Both the position numbers and the translations under genes were made by a program. A stretch of 32,000 nucleotides of DNA from Paramicrosporidium saccamoebae KSL3 (lineage: Eukaryota > Fungi > Cryptomycota): NCBI GenBank assembly GCA_002794465.1, contig MTSL01000114.1, positions 1 to 32,000 of the forward strand, in the 5' to 3' direction. Numbering within the stretch: position 1 is the stretch's first letter; each line of letters starts with the position of its first letter. A model generated the notes under the pieces. It had not been told where the DNA came from. It searched no databases and worked only from the letters and a program-made list of their open reading frames with translations. Positions 20,381 through 28,724 of this stretch are shown here, piece by piece.

Positions 20381-20734
20381 ATGACAAATCCAATTTTCGA
20401 ACGATACTTTCAACGAGCTGCTATGTTGACCAGTAAGACATTTGATGCACCACGCTCTTGCATCTTTCGCAAGCACCATGCCATGTGGTCCGCCCTCGGA
20501 GATGCCAAGCCCAGCAGCGTTCCCACTGCCGAGTTGGTGGAACGAGTCGGGGATCGGGCCTGTCACCATGTCCTCTGGTTAAAGGACGATGGCGTGGCCC
20601 TCAGAGACTCTACGTCATACCGGGACGGCAAACGTGGTGGACTATATACAAGGAGGAATGAGCTTGCCGTTAAAGACTACATGAATCGGGTGCACAAGGT
20701 AATGTCCCGATTACACGCGGCAGCTGCAGAATAA
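20381..20734 (+). CDS. Hypothetical protein (~117 aa)
   Basis: ATG-started ORF filling the gap between RPB6 and NUP82, ending 9 bp from the NUP82 stop. No family recognised. Confidence 0.5.
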   Translation: MTNPIFERYFQRAAMLTSKTFDAPRSCIFRKHHAMWSALGDAKPSSVPTAELVERVGDRACHHVLWLKDDGVALRDSTSYRDGKRGGLYTRRNELAVKDYMNRVHKVMSRLHAAAAE

Positions 20735-20743
20735 ATACCACAT

Positions 20744-22405
20744 TTATTGTTTTTCGAACGACAGTGCCTTAATTTGGTCCTGAATGTGCTCGAGGAGTGA
20801 GGTTTGTGACAGCAAACTATCCAACACTGGGGGTGATGTTGTTGACAATTTAGTCTGTAGAGTCTCCAGGCGGGACAGTATAGAAGCGAGCTCTGTTCCA
20901 CCTTGGCTGGGTTGCAGGTTTTCTCCAACTCGAGGGAGTCCTTTATCCAGTCGTGCAATCTTGTCCGCAGCACTGGCAGTGTGTTGAATTGCAGCTTTGG
21001 CCCGATTAACGACCAGATTTGCCCATTCCTTCTGTCTCATCCCCAACTCGTTCAATATTAGCATTCTCCGCTTCAGTTCTTCCGCTAGTTTTGCACACTT
21101 GATAAGCGTCTGCATTCTCCAGGATTGAATGATTTTCAGAGTCTCCTCCAAGGAATTTTCATCCAAGTCGCGCGGGAATTTAATAGTTTTGAGATTTGCA
21201 GGGACACATAATTTGGGAAGGCATATGCTTGGCAACGGTGCCGCATCCAGTTTGGGCGCGACGGTGGGAACAAAATGTTCGGCAATTGATTTTAATAACG
21301 GCTCTGCGCTCCTTGGTATGTGGGCAGAATCCACATTCATGGCCTCGTCAAGATACATTACAGAGCGTCCAAATAGCATTGCGTCCACAATGGATAGATT
21401 TGATTTAATAGTGGAAACTTGAGATTTTGAAATCTGCTTAATGTCCCCATCCACAGCCATTTCTGTCAGCCAATTCATCTGTATGGACATTATTCGGTCC
21501 TGGAGGACTAACAAAAGCTCATAGGGCTCCGCATAGTCAAGTGATAACACTGTCGATGGAGGGAGTCGGATGCTCTCCACCAGAGTCAAAATCTGGTCAT
21601 CAAGAGACTTTTCCCAGCAAGGACGGATTGCATGTTCTAGCATAAATATGTTTAATCTTCCAGACAAGCTGGCGACGGCGAGAAATTCCATCCCGTCGTG
21701 TCTAAAAGCCTTTAACGCCACTGCAGAGGAATCATCCAGAGGCTCTGGCTGGAGTAAGAAGGGTCCCTGAACCTTTGGCTCGTTTTCACCAGCCATTGGC
21801 TTTAACGGTCGGTTCAGTTGGTGCTTCCGACTTTCAAATTTGCAGTAGAATTTTGCCCATTCTTCGTTGTTCACCAGTTCTTCTTCATCTGGACAGGCGG
21901 AAAGTTCATCGGCAAGACAAGGGGACGGCAATATCGGCGACATTGCTAGCAGGTCGCCATTCTCCATGGCCACCCATAGAACCTCTCCCAGAGTTGTCGC
22001 ATTGACACATCGCAGAGTGTAATCTTCGGGGGAACGGACCTTTGTCCGCATTTCTATCCTACCACTGGTAGCATTCGCAATTATAAAAGAGCCTGCCGCA
22101 GTAAGGACACTGACATGATTTCCAGTGGCACTGGCCTCATGCCATGCACACCACACGATCCGGTCCCGTAAGAACTGCTCTTGCGGAACTAGCAGCGTTG
22201 TCTCTCCTTTCCTAGTATCCACTGAAACGACCGGACCGGCAGGGCCATAAATGGCAACGAGCTTGTCGTTAACCCTATTGCGCACAATCTGTGCGTCTGT
22301 AATTTTCCTGTTCAGTTGCGTTATGGAGCATTCCTGTCCATGATAGAGACCCAATGTTTCTTCAGATTCAAGACAGGCATAGCAGTCGACTCCCAAGAGA
22401 GCCAT
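20744..22405 (-). CDS. NUP82: Nucleoporin Nup82/Nup88-like (553 aa)
   Basis: Beta-rich N-terminal region, VQGPFLLQPEP motif typical of fungal Nup82 from memory, C-terminal coiled coil. Confidence 0.65.
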   Translation of the reverse strand: MALLGVDCYACLESEETLGLYHGQECSITQLNRKITDAQIVRNRVNDKLVAIYGPAGPVVSVDTRKGETTLLVPQEQFLRDRIVWCAWHEASATGNHVSVLTAAGSFIIANATSGRIEMRTKVRSPEDYTLRCVNATTLGEVLWVAMENGDLLAMSPILPSPCLADELSACPDEEELVNNEEWAKFYCKFESRKHQLNRPLKPMAGENEPKVQGPFLLQPEPLDDSSAVALKAFRHDGMEFLAVASLSGRLNIFMLEHAIRPCWEKSLDDQILTLVESIRLPPSTVLSLDYAEPYELLLVLQDRIMSIQMNWLTEMAVDGDIKQISKSQVSTIKSNLSIVDAMLFGRSVMYLDEAMNVDSAHIPRSAEPLLKSIAEHFVPTVAPKLDAAPLPSICLPKLCVPANLKTIKFPRDLDENSLEETLKIIQSWRMQTLIKCAKLAEELKRRMLILNELGMRQKEWANLVVNRAKAAIQHTASAADKIARLDKGLPRVGENLQPSQGGTELASILSRLETLQTKLSTTSPPVLDSLLSQTSLLEHIQDQIKALSFEKQ

Positions 22406-22976
22406 GGTTGAATTTATTTTTGTGGTATTTTAAATCCTATCGTGAGATAGTGTAACTACAGACCAGGGATTTCAATAAAGGGACTTGTTACGCATCTCAC
22501 ACTTATAAATCCAGTGAGTCCCCATCCACTTGGGATCCAAATAGGCTCTATTTAAAGCACTACTAGGCTGGCGGCCGATCATTAGGCTCTGTTAAACTGT
22601 CGCGTAGAGGGGGCGTGCCACGGAATTTGATGAACTAGCTCCCTCATCAAGCCTTTTACAGTCCCATCACTCTACAGATGGACGCAGACTCTATTAACTT
22701 ACAGATACCCGGCCATTGACTACGTCTCAGCAATTAGATTTATCGATATATCCTTTCACAGTCCAGTCCCTGGCTCGCAGAGATGTTATGCTGCATGGTG
22801 AGTGTATGTATGGTCACGGTGTTAACATGAATGGGCGACGGGACTATTCAGTACCAGTCGGTATGGACTCGCCGGCATGGTATCCAAATATTGGAGAATC
22901 GCCATCTTCATATTTAAACAAAATCCAGCCCTCAGCTAAACGTCCCACTACTTTACAGATATACTATTACAATAGT

Positions 22977-24179
22977 TTATTGAGTGTCTTGAATTCTGTC
23001 TAATCCATTCGCTGCCATCCACTGCATGCATGCCCCCAACAGGGCATCAAAGGTCTCAAAGTCGCCGTTACGAACTTTTCTGATGAACTCATTATGTCTA
23101 GCCGCCGCTGGGTTTACTCTCTTGAGCTGACGTCTGAACGATCTGGCGAATAAATTATTGACAGACCCTTTCTCCCCCAAGGCACCATATACGAGGGACC
23201 ATAGTAGATGGCTCTGACTCATAACGGCATTATCGCCAGATGTCTCGATCCATTTTGTAAGCGTTTTTGAAATACCCAGCTTGGTGAGTTCAGACAAAAG
23301 AGCGCGGATTATGGGAACCATTACGGGGCCGACAGTCTTGGATAGTCCTTCGACATTGTCTGATAAAGCGCTGTAGATTAAGCTGGTCCTTTCCCAGGGA
23401 GTTAGGGTTGCAAGCTTTTCTACCGTCATATCACCATCTGGTCCATAAAAGTAGGGATCATTCATCAGAATCATGTAGTAATCACGGTTGACCCCGCTGA
23501 AACGATCAATGACCTCTTGAGGCTCCAACTTTTTCAAAGGGCATGCATGAGCGTCACGAAACATTTGTGGAAGAGCCTCTATAACGTTTTTCGAAAGAGT
23601 GAGTTGCTCAGCAGTTGGCTCTGTGGCCTCTTCCGGGACACTAGGAGACTCGGAATCTGCGTCGCTAGATTCGGCGCTGTTCACAGGAAGTACCGATGAT
23701 TTAGCCTTGCCGAGCTCGACACGGCGCTTCTGGCTAGGCTCACGAGACTTTTCTCTCACACTAAAACGACGGAGCTTGGAAAGACGGAGACTGGGACGAC
23801 GGGAATCGGGGCGACGGGGATCGGAACGACGGAGGCTGGAGCGATTGAGATGGGAAAGCACTCTGCGACTATGAACCTTGCGAGTACCAAGTCTCCGACT
23901 CAATTGCTTTGTCGGGGGCATTTTTGATGCAGTCGATCTTCTTGGTAGCCTTGTGGCAACACGGGGGGCCTTGTCTGCATCCTCTTGAAGAGCCTGCAGG
24001 TACAAGGTTGTTAGCGAGGACAAGTCATTCCACTTAGGACGGCTCTCCATAGTAGGACTCTCTTCGGGACTGGAATGGTTTTCGGATAATTCATGTCCGG
24101 CATCTATTCCCCAAAATGACTCGCGATATGATGCATTGGTCAGGACGAACAGACTTGTAATCAAAGCGACAGACTTCAT
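22977..24179 (-). CDS. Lineage-specific secreted protein with Arg/Ser-rich repeat (~400 aa)
   Basis: ATG 24179 gives signal-peptide-like MKSVALITSLFVLTNA. A basic 5-aa repeat (SSLRR SDPRR PDSRR PSLRL SKLRR) is followed by an acidic linker and a helical C-terminal domain. Confidence 0.8.
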   Translation of the reverse strand: MKSVALITSLFVLTNASYRESFWGIDAGHELSENHSSPEESPTMESRPKWNDLSSLTTLYLQALQEDADKAPRVATRLPRRSTASKMPPTKQLSRRLGTRKVHSRRVLSHLNRSSLRRSDPRRPDSRRPSLRLSKLRRFSVREKSREPSQKRRVELGKAKSSVLPVNSAESSDADSESPSVPEEATEPTAEQLTLSKNVIEALPQMFRDAHACPLKKLEPQEVIDRFSGVNRDYYMILMNDPYFYGPDGDMTVEKLATLTPWERTSLIYSALSDNVEGLSKTVGPVMVPIIRALLSELTKLGISKTLTKWIETSGDNAVMSQSHLLWSLVYGALGEKGSVNNLFARSFRRQLKRVNPAAARHNEFIRKVRNGDFETFDALLGACMQWMAANGLDRIQDTQ

Positions 24180-24688
24180 TCGCAAAAAAATCGACAGAGA
24201 AAACAAATTATCCAATCAGGGGTTATCCTGCCCATTTTGGGGTTTGGAAGCCTGGCCGGACGCTTCTGGATTAGAGGCCACCAATCATGGGCGGAGTCTA
24301 TCTAACAGGGGCCTTTCAAACTAAATAATTAAAATACTGCTGTGAAGGAGTACATCATGTTAGACAACATCCGCTTACCATTGGTGAATCCGACTCAAAT
24401 AGCGGTTCCACGGCCCGGTTTGGTTATATTAAGGGTGGCAAACCATAAAGGTGCCATATACTTTAACAAACGATAGCTCACCCATCAACCGAAGCTGTAT
24501 ACTTTAATAAATGGAGTTTGCTCATCAACACACTACATGTACGAGCCAGAGGTAAACAGTGTCCGCTCATGATTGGGGTAGTCTATGTGCCATATGATTT
24601 ACTAAAGATAATCAAGATATACCCCCGCTATTCAACAGCCTTTACATAGGCCTCACAATTAAAACTCAAAGCCAGTCTTCAGACACAC

Positions 24689-24716
24689 CGCCTCTGCTAT
24701 ATGCATAACAGAGGCG
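24689..24716 (-). other. 12-bp stem / 4-nt loop hairpin downstream of the SerRS stop
   Basis: Minus strand CGCCTCTGTTAT-GCAT-ATAGCAGAGGCG: fully paired with one G.U. Confidence 0.5.
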
Positions 24717-24763
24717 TACCCGTAACATTCAGCATGCATTAAAAAGCTTTATAAAGGCGTGTC

Positions 24764-26098
24764 TTAATTCTTGTTGGGAGGAGTGGGGGCAGTGTAGGGG
24801 ATGAATTCAACGCCGCCCATGTATGGACGTAAAACTGTGGGAACAGTAAAGCCTTCGGGGGTCTGGTAATTCTCCAAGATGCAACAGAGTGTGCGCTCTG
24901 TGGCAGTCAGAGTGCTGTTCAGACAGTGCACATAGCGCTTCTCGCGATCTCCCATCTTACGAAGGCCACAGCGGATCTCAAGTCGGCGCGACTGATAATC
25001 TGTGCAATTAGAACAGCTGACAAGCTCCTTGTATTCGCCGTAGACGGGGAACCATGCCTCCAAATCGTACTTTTTAGCAGCTGCGTTGTTCAGTGCACCG
25101 GAAACAATGCCGACAATGCGATACTGCAGACCCAGGGACTGATAGAATTCTTCCGAGTAGCCGATCATCTGGTCAAACATTTCCCAAGACTTTTCCGGCT
25201 CACAGATGGCAAATTGTTCCACCTTTTCAAACTGATGGATACGATAGATGCCCCAAGTGTCCTTTCCATGAGAGCCAGCCTCCTTACGGAAGCACGTGCT
25301 ATAGCCAGCGTACAAGATTGGCAGCTGTTTTTCGGGCTGCTCAAACCATTCTTCAGCGTGCATAGAGGCAATGGGCTGTTCAGAGGTGGCAATCAGGTAT
25401 CGGTCCTCCTCCCCAGGAACTTTGTAGAGCTGCTCGTCAAAGTCTTCCAATTGAGCACATCGTCCCATCATCTCCTTGAGCATCATGAAGGGCGTCTGCA
25501 GGAGAGTATAGCTGCGCTTTGCCAAGAAATCCATCCCGTAATTGATGAGTGCCTGATTGAGACGCACACCGACATTTTTCAAAAAATAGCCACGATGTCC
25601 CACCACCTTGGAGCCTCGTTCCGGGTCGTAGCCCTCAAGACGAGCAAGCACTTGGTGGTGGAAAAGACCTCCCTCCAGTTTCTTTGGCTCCTGGCCGTCC
25701 TTCCAGTGATACCGAACCAGGTCGTTGTCCTTTTCGTCACGGCTGTCAACGACGCTACCATGGACGATATTGCCAACAGTAGTCAACTTGACGTTTCTCA
25801 ATTTTTCCTTCTCAGCCATGGCAGTGGTGGCATCCTCCTTTTGTTTGACTACGGCGCTTCTTTTTTCAATCAGCTCGGATGCATCTTCTTTGCTCTTCAT
25901 CTTTTCGGCAATGAGGGTTTGGAACTGACGGGCCTCCTTGTTGAGCTCGTCGACGACGAAACGCAGCTTTACCCATTCCTTGTCGAGTTCAATAATTTCG
26001 TCAACGAGTTCGACAGAGGCGCCGCGCTTGCGCTGCGAATCCTTGATCAGCTCAGGCTTTCCGCCCTTATCCACTCGGAACAGATTAATGTCCAACAT
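24764..26098 (-). CDS. SES1: Seryl-tRNA synthetase, cytosolic type (444 aa)
   Basis: MLDINLFR start, coiled-coil arm, LIATSEQPI, motif 2 FRKEAGSHGKDTWGIYRIHQFEKVEQF, ELVSCSNCTDYQSRRL, motif 3 LNSTLTATERT. Confidence 0.98.
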   Translation of the reverse strand: MLDINLFRVDKGGKPELIKDSQRKRGASVELVDEIIELDKEWVKLRFVVDELNKEARQFQTLIAEKMKSKEDASELIEKRSAVVKQKEDATTAMAEKEKLRNVKLTTVGNIVHGSVVDSRDEKDNDLVRYHWKDGQEPKKLEGGLFHHQVLARLEGYDPERGSKVVGHRGYFLKNVGVRLNQALINYGMDFLAKRSYTLLQTPFMMLKEMMGRCAQLEDFDEQLYKVPGEEDRYLIATSEQPIASMHAEEWFEQPEKQLPILYAGYSTCFRKEAGSHGKDTWGIYRIHQFEKVEQFAICEPEKSWEMFDQMIGYSEEFYQSLGLQYRIVGIVSGALNNAAAKKYDLEAWFPVYGEYKELVSCSNCTDYQSRRLEIRCGLRKMGDREKRYVHCLNSTLTATERTLCCILENYQTPEGFTVPTVLRPYMGGVEFIPYTAPTPPNKN

Positions 26099-26159
26099 CC
26101 TTTGCTTTAGGTTCTACTTTCCCAAATTAGGCCGCCGGGGTGGGGTCGTCAGGTCTCCA

Positions 26160-26678
26160 ATGCTCCTTCCAGCCTCCAAGAAGTGGAGGTGGAATCGCGC
26201 CAATGTAAGAAAAGTATTTGGTAGCATTGCAAAGTTTGCCAAAGTGGATCTGAATGGCTGGGCGGTTGCAATCGAACTTGTGGGCCGAGACCGAATGCGC
26301 CTCCTTAATTTTAAACATCGCGGAATTAACAAGACGACGGATATATTATCGTTCAAGTTGAATGACTATTCACCCGGTGAATTTTGTCTCGACTCGTCTG
26401 AAGACGGGGGGCCTTTGGGAGAAATTATTGTGTGTCTGCCGCATGTTTTGCAAAAATACAATCACCCTAACCCGCGGATCCTGGACCGGAGAATGGAGCG
26501 TCTCTTTGTTCACGGACTTGCCCATTTAATGGGATATGATCATGACGTCACAGCAGAGTACAAAAAAATGATTTCATTCGAGAGTTACCTACTACGTAGG
26601 CTTTACCAAAGCCAATCTGTTCCACATAGACTTGGAAACCGTTCAATGTATTGTCATTACAAAATGAGTGATTTTTGA
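26160..26678 (+). CDS. YBEY: YbeY endoribonuclease / rRNA maturation factor (~172 aa)
   Basis: MRLLNFKHRGINKTTDILSF, LGEIIVC, HGLAHLMGYDH zinc motif. Basic, acid-free N-terminus. Confidence 0.92.
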   Translation: MLLPASKKWRWNRANVRKVFGSIAKFAKVDLNGWAVAIELVGRDRMRLLNFKHRGINKTTDILSFKLNDYSPGEFCLDSSEDGGPLGEIIVCLPHVLQKYNHPNPRILDRRMERLFVHGLAHLMGYDHDVTAEYKKMISFESYLLRRLYQSQSVPHRLGNRSMYCHYKMSDF

Positions 26679-26867
26679 ATGGTATTTCAGTGTGGTTTAT
26701 GATCCGTGTGAGGCTTTCATTGTAACAAAAACCAAAAGGTCTTGGTCCATTGAATATTTGCGAGACTTTCAGTAACGACTGAGAAGGCTTGATTTATAAC
26801 CCTCCCCCACCCGCACCCACACTCACTCACACAATAGACCTTTATCCCTGGTCTTTGGATATAGTTT

Positions 26868-27483
26868 ATGTGGCCCGCTGACGGGTGGGTTGAAGTTGCC
26901 CTTTCTGGAGGCGAGCCCTTCCATGGCCAAATATTCCAGGTTGACGAGCACCTTGGCGTCGCAGTTTTAATGCGCCCCATAATCCCTGCAGACTATTCAA
27001 GCCTCCCGGCGCCCCTCCGGCCTGCCCTCAACCACACGGTGCAGATCGTTGCCCTTTCCTCCGTGACTTCTGTGAAGACGGTGGCGGGTCCGGATGGCGA
27101 AGCAGTGGAGTTACCGGCGGTGAGGCCAGTCAAGGTGGAGCGTCTGATGCGACGGGAGGCCCGATCGGTGCAGAAGAGACAATGCATGGTTGACGGCCAG
27201 GCACCCAGTGGAGCCAGCCAAGAAGCAGTGGCTATTTATACTGCATTGGCAAAGACGTAACAATTCATAGATTATTTAATTTTGTAGACTTCCATGCTAT
27301 TGGTATCGAGCCGAAGCTCCTTCGGACGAACCACCCACCATAGTGGTTTTGGAAGAGGTCTATGTCTGTTCTCCATACACGCCAGGAAGTTGTCGTGGTA
27401 CTATCAAGAGCAGTGCCGGCTTGGTGGAGCGTGTCAAAAAGGTTCTCGAGGGTGAACGTCGACGCCTCGGTTTGGATAAATAA
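26868..27483 (+). CDS. LSM12: LSM12-like protein (Lsm + anticodon-binding domain; ~194 aa)
   Basis: Intron 27257-27287 gives AIYTALAKTLPCYW...IVVLEEVYVCSPY...LVERVKKVLEGERRRL. Confidence 0.85.
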
Positions 27484-27617
27484 ACTACTGCATGATTGTG
27501 TTGCGTGGTGGGGGGTTGTGGGTGGTGTTATGTGGTGGGAGTATTATCACGGCGACTGGGATTCAAGTTGGGCGACAGAGAGTTGCCAGCCGGGATGGAC
27601 TCGCCGGCATAGTGTCC

Positions 27618-27682
27618 AAACACTGAAGAGTCAATAAGATCAAACATTAAAGAGTCAATATGATCAAACATCAAAGAGTCAC
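27618..27682 (+). repeat. 24-bp tandem repeat, ~2.6 copies
   Basis: aagagtcaataagatcaaacatta / aagagtcaatatgatcaaacatca / aagagtcac starting at 27626, 27650 and 27674. Confidence 0.85.
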
Positions 27683-27989
27683 TGTTTGTATTCCTCACCT
27701 CTGACTCTCCTGTTAATATTTAGATCAACACTCAGCACTCAACTAAACAACCACTCCACTATCACCACTGCGCAATGATTGCAATATTATCTTTGGTCTC
27801 CTTTCTTGGGCTGACCAATGGGGAGGGTTGGCTTGTTGTGGTTGGCCGCTCTATTGGGACTTGCTATTCTTAGCAACGGGAGAGGGAGACGAATGGGACA
27901 AGACGGGTATATAAACAAAGGGGCGGCAAGTCGACAACCGCCACAACACAAACGGTACGACACCCTCTTGAAACCTGACCTGCCTAGAA

Positions 27990-28414
27990 ATGCCTGTTGA
28001 CGCACCTTTTGATTGTTTCTCCAAGAACGGTTACGAACATGGATTCTGTGGATGTCTCCGTGATCCGCTCTACTGTATCGCCACCTACTTCTGCCCGTGT
28101 CTGGTGGTTGGTCTGGTGACTGGTCAGATGGACGGAGGTTCCTTCAACGTTGTGACCTGCTGCTGCGCTCCTCTTGGTGCCTATCGCAACCGTCGCAAGG
28201 TGCAAGACATGTTCGACCATCACGAGTCTGAGGATGGATCCATCTTGGCCGTTGCATGCTGTCCCTGTTGCGCGTAAGACTTGTCATTGTGATTGTGATG
28301 TTTAGGATCGTCCAGGATGCTCACGAATGGAACAGCCGTAGACCCGACAAGAGAACCGATGCTGCTCCCGCTGCCGTCATCCCGCCCGCTGCCGCCGAAG
28401 CCCCAGTGGTCTAA
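27990..28414 (+). CDS. PLAC8-family Cys-rich protein (~130 aa)
   Basis: GFCGCLRD..YCIATYFCPC and CCPCCAIVQDAHE after removing intron 28274-28305. TATA-like TATATAAA near 27908. Confidence 0.85.
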
Positions 28415-28724
28415 ACGTCCTTGTGGTGCCGACACAAGATGGAGAGTAAAAAAGAAGAATAAAAAGCTAAAGGCAGGTCTATGTAAATGGGTGTTTGGGT
28501 CGGGTTGAGTTAGGGGGTAATATAGTAATAAGGTGGCGGTAGTATGGGCATCATGATGGATTGAAATAATGTGTTTGATTGATGGAAGAGACAATAATTA
28601 GTGATCAGAAAGGTGTATCAGTGATTAAGAGCTATATCAATGGTTAAGAGTCATAAATAATGAATGAGCAATGATGGATGCCATGGTCCGCTGTTATTGT
28701 CTACACAATATATACTGCTATTCT

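Noticed and set aside
22716-23003. 95-aa ORF
   Set aside because: TTG start, overlaps the 3' end of the secreted gene, no motif.
24689-24716. SECIS element
   Set aside because: No AUGA/GA kink-turn core or apical AAR, and no in-frame UGA in SerRS.
24926-26110. 394-aa ORF antisense to a class II synthetase (Rodin-Ohno-style sense/antisense coding)
   Set aside because: In-register shadow frame with no HIGH/KMSKS or other class I motif.
25938-26159. 74-aa N-terminal extension of YbeY
   Set aside because: Non-ATG start overlapping SerRS in antisense; homology begins after ATG 26160.
27818-28000. 60-aa ORF with a signal-peptide-like start (MGRVGLLWLAALLG)
   Set aside because: It spans the PLAC8 TATA/promoter region and overlaps its ATG. 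Cannot be excluded, but unsupported.
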